DNA of 64,000 nucleotides from Scyliorhinus canicula (GCF_902713615.1 NC_052155.1:46069404-46133403), one strand, 5' to 3'. Positions 12,842 through 25,907 are shown, counted from the first letter of the stretch. Made by a program: numbers and translations. The notes: generated by a model not told the origin, from the sequence alone.

Positions 12842-15800
12842 TGTGGTGAACGTATGCTATTACTATTCACCACTGTACTGTGTTGTAATAGGTTGATGCC
12901 CTTGGGGGTGGCGGGGGAGGTATATAGATCTGCAGCCTGCAGGCGGCACTCAGTACAGAGCAGTCGCAGGCAGGCACAGATCTAGCTGATTAAAACCACT
13001 GTTCATTACAACTCTTCGTCTCATGTGAATTGATGGTTGCATCAATTTAATACGCTAAGATATTGCAATGGAAGCCGCCCTCGAACCTGATCGACTGGAA
13101 CACGACCCACAGGCAGCTAAAGCCAAGGGAATCTTTCGCACTGGCTCCGCTGCTTTGAGGCCTACCTCACCGTCTCCTCCTCGCCCGCCGTCACCGAGGC
13201 ACAGAAGCTGAGTGTCCTCCATGCCCGGGTGAGCCACAGAATCTCTACTAATCGAGGAAGCGACCACGTACGCAGACGCGGTCGCGATCCTGAAAAGACA
13301 TTACGTGAGGCCGGTGAACAAAGTGTTCGTATGGCATCTCCTCACCATTCGTCATCAACGCCCCAGGGAATCTCTGGAGGAGTACCCACGCGACCTGAGG
13401 GTACTCGCTTGAAACTGCAATTATAAGGACGTCACGGCCTCGCAGCATATGGAACTCACCATCCGGGACACCTATGTGGCTGGAGTCCGGTACAACTATG
13501 TCAGACAGCGCCTGCTCAAAAAGGGCGCCCTCGACCTAGAAGAGACGGTAAAACTATCCACCTCCTTAGAAGTAGCTTTCCAGAGCCTCAATGCTTTCCC
13601 CTCCGACCCAGTGATTCCCTTGTGGTCACCCGACCCGAGGGTGCTCCAGGCCTGCGCCGCGCGGCTGCCCGCCCAACCCGGGGGGCTGCCCTGCTATTTC
13701 TGCGCTCAGAACCAGCACCTCAGGCAGCATCCCAAACAATCTCCCTTGCTTCCGGATCACATTTAGTACAGATCCGGGGATACTGTGTCGCGAACCTCGC
13801 GATACAGGGCGCTGAGTACGCCAATTTTAAACTTTATGTCCTCCCCTATCTCTGCGCTCCTCTCCTGTTAGGACTGGACTACCAGTGCAACCTCAGGAGC
13901 CTGACCCTGAAGTTCGGCGGGCCCCTCCCCCCTCTCACCGTATGCAGCCTCGCGACCCTTAAGGTCGCCCCTCACTCGCTCTTCGCGAACCTCACCACCG
14001 ACTGTAAACCCGTCGCCACCAGGACAGGACTTTTATCACGTTGGAGGTCCATTGGCTTTTGAGGGAGGGGATCATCGAGGCCAGTAATAGCCCCTGGAGA
14101 GCCCAAGTGGTGGTCGTCAGGACCGGGGAAACGAACTGGATGGTTATAGACTACAGCTAAACCGTAAATCGGTACACGCAACTCAATGCGTACCGCCTTC
14201 TCCGTATAGCGGACATGGTGAATCAGATTGCACAGCCGGGTATTCTCCACGGTAGATCTGAAGTCTGCATACCACCAGCTTCCAATCCGCCCGGAAGATC
14301 GCCACTACATGGCCTTTGAGGCAGATGGCCGCCTCTTCTACTTCCTCCGGGTCCCCTTCGGCATCACCAACTATTTTCCAAAGAACGATGGACCGAATGG
14401 TGGACCAGTACGGGCTGCAGGCCATGTTCCCGTATTTGGACAACCTCACCATCTGCGGCCATGATCAGCAGGACCACGACACTAACCTTCAGAAGTTCCT
14501 CCAAACTCCCAAGCCCTCAATCTCACCTACAAGGGGAAATGCATTTTCCGCACAACCCGACTAGCCATCCTCGACTATGTCGTGGAAAACGGACTCCTAG
14601 GGCCCGACCCTGACCGCATGAGCCCCCTCCTGCAACTCCCCCTTCCCCAAGGCTCTGAAAAGGTGCTCGGGTTCTTTTCACACTATGCCCAGTGGGTCCC
14701 CAACTATGCGGACAAAGCCCGCCCACTTATCAAAGCCACCATCTTCCCCCTGACGACTGAGGCCCGTCTGGCCTTCAGCCGCATCAAGACAGACATTACC
14801 AAGGGCGCGATGCATCCGGTGGACGAGTCCATCCCCTTCCACGTGGAGAGCGACGCGTCAGACGTCGCCCTGGCCGCTACCCTTAATCTGGCAGGCAGGC
14901 CCGTGGCCTTTTTTTCCCGTACCCTCAACGCCTCTGAGATGTGACACTCCTTGGTCGAAAAAGAAGCTCAAGCCACTGTTGAAGCTGTGCAGCATTGGAG
15001 GCACTACCTGGCTGGTAGAAGGTTCACCCTCATCACCGACCAACGGTCGGTAGCCTTTATGTTCAACAACACACAGCGGGGCAAGATCAAGAATGATAAA
15101 ATCTTGTGGTAGAGAATAGAACTCTCCACCTAGAATTACGATATTGTGTATCGTCCGGGGAAGCTCAATGAGCCCCCAGATACCCTGCGGCACATGCGCC
15201 AGCGCGCAAGATGACCGACTCCGGGCCACCACAATGACCTCTGTCACCTGGAGGTCACCCGGCTTCTCCACTTCATCAAGGCCCGCAAAGTGCCCTACTC
15301 CACCGAGGAGGTCAGGGCCATGACCAGGGACTGCCAAGTCTGCGCGGAGTGCAAACCGCACTTCTATCGGCCAGACAAGGCCCACCTGGTGAAGGCCTCC
15401 CGCCCCTTTGAGCGCCTCAGCATCGATTTCAAAGGGCCCTTCCCCTCCACTGACCGTAGTGTGTATTTTCTTAACGTCGTTGATGAGTACTCCCATTTCC
15501 CCTTTGCCATCCCATGCCCCGACATGACTGCGGCCACTGTCATTAAGGCCCTGCATAGTATCTTCACCCTGTTCGGTTTCCCCACTTACATCCACAGTGA
15601 TTGGGCCTCCTCGTCTATGAGCGACAAGATGCGTCAGTACCTGCTCGGTAAGGGCATTGCCTCGAGCAGGACTACCAGTTACAACCCCCGGGGAAATGGG
15701 CAGGTGGAAAGGGATAACGCGACGGTATGGAAGGCCATCCTTCTGGCCCTACGGTCTAGAAGTCTCCCAGTTTCCCGCTGGAAGGACGTCCTCCCCGACA

Positions 15801-16595
15801 CGCTCCATTCCATTAGGTCGTTCCTCTGTACAGTCACAAACGAGACCCCTCATGACCGCCTATTTGTTTTCCCCAGGAAATCCACCTCCAGGGGTCTCGC
15901 TTCCGTCCTGGTTGACATCACCGGGGTCTGTCCTCGTCCAAGAGCACGTGAGGAGCCATAAGTCCGACCCCCTGGTTGAAAGGGCCCAGCTCCTCCACGC
16001 TAACCCTCAGTATGCCTACGTGGCATACCACGATGGCCGACAAGGTACAGTCTCCCTCCGGGATCTGGCACCCGCCGGTTCCCCAGTGACCATCACCTAC
16101 ACCCCCCCCCAACCTACACTGAACACCGCCGCCGCCCCTACGTGGCCTACGCCCCCCCCCCCCCCCATCGCAGACCTATCCACAGTGATGAAGCTCCAGG
16201 CGACATGCTCCCGGAGTCAACGAGCCCAAAACCCGTGCCCACAGAGACGAGTTCAACACCCGTGCCCGCAACGAAGCCGGAGCTGAGGTGATTACGGAGA
16301 ATGATCAAGGCGCCGGACAGACTCGATCTGTGAGTCCACTTCACCCCTGCTGGACTTCAATTTTTTAACAGGAGGTGAATGTGGTGAACGTGTGCTGTTA
16401 CTATTCACCACTGTACTGTGTTGTAATATGTTGATGCCCCTTGTGGGCTCTGCCTGTGGCTCCGCCCCCTCGGGGTGGTATATAAACCTGTAGGCGGCAC
16501 TCAGTACAGAGTAGTCCGACGCAGGCACAGATTTAGCTTATTAAAACAACTGTTCACTTCAACTCTTCGTCTCGTGTGAATTGATGGTCGCATCA
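12842..16595 (+). mobile_element. Full-length but decayed Ty3/Gypsy LTR retrotransposon (Mag-like gag, no chromodomain)
   Basis: LTRs 12842-13044 and 16380-16595 (TG...CA); TSD CAGCT/CAGCC; gag IRDTYVAGVRYNYVRQRLL; RT SPWRAQVVVV, DLKSAYHQ, YLDN; RNase H VESDASDVALAA; integrase CQVC, FERLSIDFKGP, IHSD, GNGQVER; PPT AACAGGAGGTGAA 16367-16379. Multiple stops and frameshifts. Confidence 0.95.
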
Positions 16596-16817
16596 CAGCC
16601 AAAGCAGGGGAGCTAAGTATCCATTAAGTGGCTTGTCGTCTCCCAGACCATAGAAAATACAGAGTAATTATACCTTTGTTTATCTCCCAAGTAATTAACA
16701 TATACCAGTAAAAAGAATACATTTGGATTATCTATGCCCGTTCACAACTAACGATTAGGATTAAATATGAGCATAATTACCAATTATAATCAGGGCATGT
16801 ACGTATAATGATATTGC

Positions 16818-17043
16818 GGGCGGTGCGGTGATGCTGTGGTTTGCACTGATACATCATGGCACTGAGAACCTGAGTTCGATTCCGGTCCTAGGTCACTGTC
16901 CGTGTGGAGTTTGCACATTCTCTCCGTGTCTGCGTGGGTCTCACCTCTACAACCCAAAGATGTGCAGGCTAGGTGGATTGGCCACATTAAATTGCCCCTT
17001 AATTGGAAAAAAAATAATTGGGTACTAAATTTATTTTTAAAAA
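16818..17043 (+). mobile_element. V-SINE, short A-tailed subfamily
   Basis: V-domain then AAATTGCCCCTTAATTGGAAAAAAA..GGGTACTAAATTT and A-rich end. Confidence 0.85.
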
Positions 17044-17529
17044 CAAGTATAATATCACCAAGCACGTATTTGACTCCACTTATCTACTAACTGCTAGACA
17101 TGCATAAGATAAAGATATGCCTGAGCTATAGTTTACCGTATTCCCCTTCAATTGTCCAGTGTTTCTGTAAGGCATACTTGGGCTTCAGCTGCATATTAAT
17201 CAATTGAATGTTTTGTGCGAGCTGTGACTCCTGCCTCTCTGTAATTAATACATCAAGGGGCTTTGGTTTGTTCCTGTAGACTCTGAGCTAAAACAACCGG
17301 TTTCTCATTGTTAGGTTTTTGTCTTTAATAATTTACCAGCAGCAGTCTGTCTGAGCCTATTGGTTTGGAATGTATCACATCAAAGCTGAGGGGTTGCAAA
17401 ATATGGCAATGCATTAAAAAGAGGGAAAGAAAGGAAGTCAAAACACCTCTCTGTTTACAAATGGGTGCTGAGAGGCGAAATTGGGGCTGTTTAAATTAAA
17501 CTCCCTCCTGTCAGTGACACTCTTCAAAA

Positions 17530-18524
17530 CTCCAACCCAAAATCCCACCCACCCAGATCAGCCATACCCTAGTTGTAAGGGATGCAACGGGTCCCTGCCT
17601 CACCTAAATTCTAAGCCTCCCCAAGATGACTACCGCCACCTCCTTCCACAGAGACCTTCACCATCAGCAGCCACCCCCCCCCCCCCCAAACCAGACATCA
17701 CACCTACCGTTCCCCTCCCCAGCCCCTCCCAAACAAAGAAAGCCCAACTACCCTAGGCTTGTTATCCCAACCAATAAAGAAAACAACCCCCCCACCCCAC
17801 AATCCTCAGTTGTGACATTCTCCCCCACTGCACTTCTGCTAACCAGCATCTTTCCGGCAGGGTGAACCCCACCTGGGGAGAAACGCAAGTTATATTTTCA
17901 AAAATTCCACACACAGCCCACCTACCCAAACCTGATTTTAATCTTTTACGCCAAACTAATCATTCCCCATACCCACTCCCTCGTCCCTCCACATTCCTAA
18001 CCATTCCAAACAATTGCTTTAAAGCATCAAAAACCCATTCCCTAAACGCAAGGTACAGATATTACAGAACTATACAAAATATAACCGGAAACTTCAGTGA
18101 AAAAATTACAAAACACACATCCAACACTTCGTCATACGGGTGAAACCACCCAAAACATTCAAATGTCCCCCAGTCGCGTTGCTTAATAAAGTTGTTAGCC
18201 TCCTCCGGTGTGTCACTATAATGGTTTCTGCTCTCATAAATGGCCCATGGATGAGCCGGGTACACTATTCAAAACTTCACCCTGCTCCTAAAAAAATCTT
18301 TTAAAATAAATTTAACATGCCCAATTTTGTTTTCCAATTAAGGGGCAATTTAGCATGGTCAATCCACCTACCCTGCACATCTTTGGGTTGTGGGGGTGAG
18401 ACCCATGCAGGCACAGAGCGAATGTTCAAACTCCACACGGACAGTGACCCGGGGCTGGGATCGAACCAGGGTTCCCGGCGCCGTAAGGCAGCAGTGTTAA
18501 CCAATGTACCATCATGCCGCCGCT

Positions 18525-18560
<36 letters not shown>

Positions 18561-19290
18561 AGTCTTGGTAAATTGTTTAAGTGCCTGTGGAGGTGGACTA
18601 TGGTCGTCTGTCACGGCTCCCCGTTTCTAATATTCTTCCTCAAACTCAATGGGCTGGTCCACTTCAGGAGGGCATGCAAAGACTTCCTCCCCCACCAGCT
18701 GCCCGAACATCTTTGCCACATACTCTGTGGCCTTTGCCCCTTCTATGCCCTCGGGCAGCCCAACGATCCTCAGGTTTTGTTGTCTGGAACGATTCTCCAA
18801 GTCATCGATCTTGGCCTTCATCGTTCTTTGCCCCTCCGCCATCTTTGTCAACTCTGCCTCCAAGGAGGTGATCCGATCCTCATGATCTGAGACTGTCACC
18901 TCCACCGACTGGATCGAAGAACTCTGCGTCTCTAACCACTGTTCCACCCTTTTCAGAGCTGCCAGAATTGGTTTAGTCATTTTTGCTGTGACCGCCTGCC
19001 TTCTCAGTCAACCACTGAGCAGGCAGCGATGCCACAGGTTCCTCTGTCATGTTTTCCCCTCCTGTTCCACGGGTGTCTTCTGAATCTGAAGAGAACCCTT
19101 TACTCGACACACTCTTCGTTTGGTAACTTTTAGACATCCCACACCGGAAGAAGAATCCTAATTCTTCCACTACATCACTTTTTCACCTGCACAGCACCCG
19201 ATAAACGGGCAAAATTTGCCAAAAATCAAGTCCTCAGGCAGGAGCTACTGTATGTGCGACGGCTTACTTCATGGCCGCCACCAGAAGTCC
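17530..19290 (-). mobile_element. Tx1/L1 LINE 5' part (ORF1), containing a V-SINE at 18300-18525 (minus)
   Basis: ORF1 motif IDDLENRSRQQNLRIVGLPEGIEG; 5' end GGACTTCTGGTGGCGGCCATG. Confidence 0.85.
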
Positions 19291-19749
19291 GAGAAATGTA
19301 TTTTTGTCAGAGGGTGGTGAATCTCTGGAATTCATTACCCCAGCAGGCTGTGGATGGTGAGTTATTAAATATATTCAAGACAGAGTGATAGATTTCTGGA
19401 TATTAATGATATGAAGGGTTATGGGGATACTACAGGAAAATAGCATTAAAGTAGAAGGTCAACCATGATCTAATTAAATGGCGGAGCAGTCTCGAGGGGC
19501 CGAATGGCCTACTACTCCTATGTTCTTGCAGCCCATCCCTTATTGATCTTGAGAATGTAGTAGTGAGCCACCTTGTTAAATCACTGCAGTTGATGTGTGA
19601 AAGTCTTCCGTCAGTGCTATTAGTTTCAGATTTGGAGCGATTGTTTAAGTCAGGATAGTGTATGATTTGGATGGGAATTTGGAGGTGATGATGTTAGTGA
19701 TGAAGTGTCAGCTGGGGCACCACTTGATGGCTGTTTTGTGTCTAAGTCA

Positions 19750-20010
19750 CAAAGGATGGGTGAATGTAAAGGATCCCATGGCACTCTTTGAAGGATTTAT
19801 CCCTGATCGCCTGACCAGTGTTTATCCCGCAATCGATATCACAAAAAAGGATTATTTGGTCATTGCCAGTTGGTGTTTGGGGCAGTTAGCTGTGTGCAAA
19901 ATGGCTGCCACATTTCCCACATTAAAATGCTGACCACATTTCAAAAATGCTTAATTGATTAGAGAAGTCTGGTGGTCAGAGAAGTGCTATATACATGCCT
20001 GTCTTTCTTT
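19750..20010 (+). mobile_element. Ancient Deu-domain SINE (AmnSINE/SacSINE-like)
   Basis: GTAAAGGATCCCATGGCACT...GCTGTGTGCAAAATGGCTGCCACATTTCCCACATTA...TGCTATATACATGCCTGTCTTTC. Confidence 0.7.
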
Positions 20011-20221
20011 TCCTATGCATCTGTTGCCTTCATCCATCCAGGTGGCACAGCTCTTGGGTTTTGGAGGTGCTCTAAAGAAGCCATGGTTAGTTGCTGCAGC
20101 GCAATCACACTGCAAGAGGTGACCACCCCACAAGGGTGATCCAGGAATATCAGAGCAGAATCTTATTGTTCTGTCGCAGATGATGGGGTGCATTGCTGTC
20201 AAGGGCAGAGATATACGAAAC

Positions 20222-20384
20222 GCTGGTTTAGCTCAGTGGGCTAGACAGCTGGTTTGTGATGCAGAATAAGGCCAGCAGCGCGTGTTCAATTCTCGTACCA
20301 GCTTACCCGAACAGGCGCCGGAATGTGGTGACTAGGGGCTTTTCACAGTAATTTCATATTTGTGACAATAAAAGATTATTATTA
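20222..20384 (+). mobile_element. tRNA-derived SINE family 2
   Basis: GCTGGTTTAGCTCAGTGGGCTA head, GAACAGGCGCCGGAATGTGG body, ATT-repeat tail. Confidence 0.85.
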
Positions 20385-20684
20385 CTGTGAATTTCCAGAT
20401 CAATGTTGCAGGCCCTAGTTAAGCTACCTTACAATAAGTTTGCTGGTGTAATTCAAGCATATTCACAAGATTTCTACTGAAGTCTTCAGTGTGCAAGGGC
20501 TTTTTATAATGGCATGAGGAATCATCCACTAAAAATTCAACCCCTCTGCAATCAGAATTTACATTATGGTTGATGAAGGATTGAGATGTCACTAAAATAA
20601 TCCCCACAATTTGATTTTCATGCTAAGAATTTTGGCGATGCAGTGTTTTTGCAAATAAAAAGATTATAATTATACGTATTTGGA

Positions 20685-20960
20685 AGGTAGTGGTAACACT
20701 ACTGAACGAGTAATCCAGAGGCTCAGATTAATACTCTGGGGATATGGGTAATAGTGACTATGACAACTATCATGGATTGTTGGAAAACACACCTAGCTCA
20801 TTAATGTCCTTTCAGAAGGAAATCTGCCATCCTTAACTGCTCGGGTCTACATGTCCAAACTCCTCTGAAATGTCCCAGCGAGCCACTCTGTTCAAAGGCA
20901 ATTGGGGATGGGCAACAAATGCTGGCCTTGACAGTGATGTCACATCCCATGAAAGAAAAA
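20685..20960 (+). mobile_element. Old tRNA-derived SINE (related copy at about 1880-2215, minus)
   Basis: AGTAATCCAGAGG, AAGGAAATCTGCCATCCTTA, GATGGGCAACAAATGCTGGCCTTG..CACATCCCATGAA. Confidence 0.6.
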
Positions 20961-21408
20961 AGAACATGCTGAGACAAGTATTTACTCTATGGGGTCTGGC
21001 GATTTATACGTTTCTAGGATGAGAGGAGAATGTTGCATATTGTTTCTTTATTCATGCACGGTACTTAGATGTCACTGGCAAGGCCAGCATTTATTGCCCT
21101 TCCCTAATTGCTCTTGAGATGATGGCAGTGAAGCTTACTTTTGATGACCATCTACAGCCTTCTCTCCGATCCACCCTGTTGCACGCCATTTGGAAGAAGT
21201 ACTTGAGGTAACAAAGGCAGAGAGTGTACTCTGGGTGGGGTACTTCAATGCCCACACCCAAGAGTTGCTCATTAGCAGCAGTAATGACCGGGCTAGAAGA
21301 ACATATCTGCTTGTCTGGGCCTGCAGCAGGTACTGAGAAAACAGACAAGAGGGAAAACCTCATCCTCACCAGCCTTCCTCTCACAGATGCATCTGTCTAT
21401 GACAATAT

Positions 21409-22512
21409 TGGACTTGGATTTGTTTATTGTCATGTGTACCGAGGTACAGTGAAAAGTATTTTTCTGCGAGCAGCTCAACAGATCATTAAGTATATGAAAA
21501 GAAAAGGAAATAAAAGAAAATACATAATAGGGCAACACAAGATATACAATGTAACTACATCACACCGGCATCAGGTGAAGCATACAAGGGTGTAGTGTTA
21601 ATCAGGTCAGTCCATAAGAGGGTCATTTAGGAGTCTGGTAACAGTGGGGAAGAAGATGTTTTTGAGTCTGTCCGTGCGTGTTCTCAGACTTTTGTATCTC
21701 CTGCCCGAAGGGAGAAGTTGGAAGAGTGAGGAGGCTGGGTGGGAGGGGTCTTTGATTATGCTGCCTGCTTTCCACAGGCAGCGGGAGGTGTAAATGGAGT
21801 CAATGGATGGGAGGCAGGTTTGTGTGATGGACTGGGCTGTGTTTACGACTCACTGACGTTTCTTGCGGTCCTGGGCCGAGCAGTTGCCATACCAGGCTGT
21901 GATGCAGCCAGATAGGATGCTTTCTATAGTGCATCTGTAAAAGTTGGTAAGAGTTAATGTGGACATGCCGAATTTCCTTAGTTTCCTGAGGAAGTATAGG
22001 CACTGTTGTGCTTTCTTGGTGGTAGCATCAACGTGGGTGGACCGGGATAGATTTTTGGAGATGTGTACCCCTAGGAATTTGAAACTGCTAACCATCTCCA
22101 CCTCGGTTCCGTTGATGCTGACAGGGGTCTGTACAGTACTTTGCTTTCTGAAGTCAATGACCATATGTTTAGTTTTGCTGGCATTGAGGGATAGATTGTT
22201 GTCGCTGCACCACTCCACTAGGTTCTCTATCTCCCTATCTCCCTCCTATATTCTGACTCATCTTTATTCGAGATCCGGGCCCACTATGGTTGTATCGTCA
22301 GCAAACTTGCAGATGGAGTTGGAACCAAATTTTGCCATGCAGTCTTGTGTGTACAGGGAGTATAGTAGGGGGCTAAGTACGCAGCCTTGCGGGGCCCCGG
22401 TATTGAGTACCTTTGTGGAGGTGTTGTTGTTTATTCTTACTGATTGTGGTCTGTGGGTTAGAAAGTCGAGGATCCAGTTGCAGAGTGAGGAGCCAAATCC
22501 CAGGTTTTGGAC
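21409..22512 (-). mobile_element. Rex1/Babar LINE 3' fragment
   Basis: [72 protein letters not shown]; tail AATAAACAAAATCCAAGTCCAA. Confidence 0.9.
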
Positions 22513-22949
22513 CTGGGTATTGGTAGGAGTGACCAAAGCACAGTCCTTGTGAAGACCTAAGTCACCCTCCATTGTATTGTCTATTACTGCCAACAATCAA
22601 AATGGGGTAGATTTACACGGACCTAGTAGTTTAAACTCGATATTCCTGAGGTACAGTGGACTAGCAACAGCAGCAAACGGTATACAATCACAATCTGTAA
22701 CCTCACAGTGCATCATTCTTTCTACCATTACCAATAAACCAGCAACCAACCCAAGTTCAATAAGGAGTGTGGCATAGCATGCCAGGAGTATACCTAAAAA
22801 TGAGATACCAAACTGGTGAGGATACAACACCGGACTACATGCATCCCAGATAGCAAACGTGGTGTACTACAGTCAGAGCTAAGCAATCTTCAGATCAAAG
22901 GTGGGGCTCTCCTGCCTCCCAGCTGCATGTTTCTAGGCAGCAGTGTGCA

Positions 22950-23116
22950 GTGTGCTATTCTCTGGTGGCCGGATTCTCCGCTCCCACTGCTGTCAAAGGG
23001 AATTCCCATTGAAGCCACCCCACGCCGCCAGGAAAACCATGGGGGGGGGGGGGGGGGTGCACTGCCGGCAGGATCGGAGAATCCCGCCATCAGCAAACAG
23101 CCAGAGAATTCTGGCC
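22950..23116. mobile_element. Short degraded Harbinger-type MITE
   Basis: GGCCGGATTCTCC...GGAGAATCCCGCC internal repeats; right end CCAGAGAATTCTGGCC. Confidence 0.55.
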
Positions 23117-23573
23117 TAAAGCTCTGAAGTCCTGTCACATCCAGTCATGAATGGTGGTGGACAATGAAACAACCGGGAGGATGAGGCTTCAAAACATCCC
23201 ATTTTCAATAATGGTGGCATCCAGCACATCAGTGAAAATAAAATCTGAAGCATTTCCAACCATATTCAGCCAGAAATGGGCCCTAGGTTTTATAAAGAGA
23301 GGTTTAGAATACAAAAGCAAGGAAGTTGTGGTGAGCCTATATAAAACACCGGTTAGGCCTCAAGTAGAATGTCTGGGCATTACAATTTAGGAGGGGTGTA
23401 AAAGCATTGAAGTGGGGGGGCGACTAATTGAGTGGCTCTTGTAGACCTAACATGGACATGAGTTGAATTAGCCTCATATGATTCTAAGATCCAACTGTAG
23501 TGCTAAATAGAGCATGAATTTAAATATGTGAATCTGTGTTGAAATGTTCATATCTGCATTCATTCTTTAACAG

Positions 23574-23684
23574 AAGAGGACTGTAAGCGATACCTCAACA
23601 AACCACTTCAAGTGCCATCAGTGGATAGCAGTGAGCCCAAGACCCCAGCTTCGATAGGAATTACAACAGGAGATGACCCCACAG
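23574..23684 (+). CDS. MYD88: MyD88 coding exon 2 (intermediate domain), 111 nt
   Basis: Acceptor ttctttaacag; encodes (E)[36 protein letters not shown](G), homologous to human EEDCQKY...KPLQVAAVDSS...GITTLDDPLG; donor ACAG|GTAATC; phase 1-1. Confidence 0.95.
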
Positions 23685-24196
23685 GTAATCAGAACAAGGT
23701 TTCATTCTATTTTCCTTTAATACAAATGAAGCAGCCTCCATTGTCTGTCATTTACTTTTCCAAGTCAGGTTACAGGCATCTGAGGATCAGGACCATATTT
23801 CTTTTACATATTAAAAATTAGAATCTTGAAAAAAGTATTGTTGATCCTGATTCCAATTGATTTCTGAGATCGAAGTCCCGAATCCTGCAGACCCCCCCTA
23901 ACCCAAAGCCTTCATCATACTGTCCTGACAGGAAACTAATATTATATATGGCCAGTGATGGTACATTTCGAATAATAATGGCTTATCCTCCTGAATCGAG
24001 AACATGGGCCAGAATTTAACGTAAGAAGTTCGGGCAGACATCTGACTCGGAAGCATGTAAAATTGTGCGAGAAAAGACACAATTGCTCTGGATGAGCGGG
24101 AATGGTGATGGGTTTCCACATTTACAAGAAAAGATTACATTTCTGACCTGACACAGGGAGCACAGTGTAAATACATTGTAAATACACTGACAGTCT

Positions 24197-24845
24197 TGTT
24201 GGGATACCGGGCCAGTCCCCAACATTTGTTAAGATCTCAGACGAGAACCCCAAACAATTTTTTTAAATTTGTAAAGCTGTAAGGAAAGGATACTTCACCC
24301 CAGGAGTGATGACTCTGACCAATAGGTATCTTTTATGTTAAAACAAAATTTAATTTAAACACAGAATTGACCACATTAATATTAAAGATGTTAAACAATT
24401 CTTAAACACAAAGCAAAATTTAAATGTATTTTCTAAACCTGCTACTAATTCAAATTAAGCAACCCTATCCAGTTCAAATGCCACACAACAGGTTTACATG
24501 CTTAGCTGTGTAGAGATTTTTGGAGAGAGTTCCTTTCAAGAGCAGATTCAGTGCACTTCTTTCTCGTCCATCACAAATCCTGGGGCTCAAAGAATGTATG
24601 GGAACAGGGGTTTCCGTGCTGATCTTGAAATAGAGGGCCAGCTGTTACAGTCATTCATCCAGTTCAAAATGGGTAAGGACCCCCAACCTTGACCCATCCA
24701 AGGATAGGCAAGGACTGTGGTCCTAACAATTGGGATCACCTTAACCAAGTCCAACAGATGACTGAGCCACAAGAACAAACTGGTTCAATTTTAAATATGC
24801 AACGCAGCCAGCTTACAGTTACAAGCTGTGGTGTCTGTAAAACAC
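24197..24845. mobile_element. Possible solo LTR
   Basis: TGTTGGGATACC start, GAGAACCCCAAAC and AT-rich LTR-like composition; TSD not resolved. Confidence 0.3.
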
Positions 24846-25253
24846 TATGTAAGCCACACGAAAGGCACACAGGTTAGAGAATCAACTTCACGGTTTTGTT
24901 CCCAAGTCTGTGATCTTCACTCCCATTAAAAAGAACTCCCACCGGCAGCATAGAATCATTAATTTACCCTCTGTATCATCAACATGAGGATTAATTAAGG
25001 AAGAACAATTGTAGCAACATTAAAATAAGAAAACAGGAACACATCAGATTAATGTTGGAACAGATGGAATAACATTTTAGGAGGTCAGTCTATCTCTCAG
25101 TATATGGAGTCATATGAAGACAGGAAGTATTAGATGATAAAAGACAAATATCTGTCTAATTTCTCCTCTACTGTTCCTTATAGTTGGAATGACCCAACGA
25201 TCATCCATGCAATCAGTGTTTGTCAATTGGTCTACAACAAACCCATACATTAG

Positions 25254-25559
<306 letters not shown>

Positions 25560-25907
25560 TAGAGTCAGTTTGTTTTGTTAATCTCCTGTTCCCAATAAAT
25601 TGCCATATGATGAGGGAACAGAATTCAATATTTCTCATGGCATGATTTCCCCAGGTGAGTATATTCCATTAGTCAATGAAACTCATCACTGGCAAATATG
25701 GAGGATTTTCGAGCTCTGTTATCCCACCCATCAGTGCCTGACGGAGGCACAAACTTTGAGCAGGCACAATGCCAGTGCAAATGGGGGAATTGTAGATGCA
25801 TTAGAATAAGCCAAATGTACTTCCTCATGGGTGATGAGATTTGGAAGAAAAAACAATGCTTTAGTTTCCAGTTTCAAGCCCATCGCGTTAAGACTTCTCA
25901 CTTGGCA

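Larger units (their letters stand above)
12746..17307 (-). mobile_element. Solo LTR (about 560 bp net) hosting the Gypsy element and a V-SINE
   Basis: TG...CA termini with 5-bp TSD TTGTT (12741-12745 and 17308-17312); minus-strand AATAAA near 12830. Confidence 0.55.

Noticed and set aside
14858-15595. 245-aa antisense ORF in the Gypsy pol region
   Set aside because: A shadow ORF of GC-rich RNase H/integrase codons.
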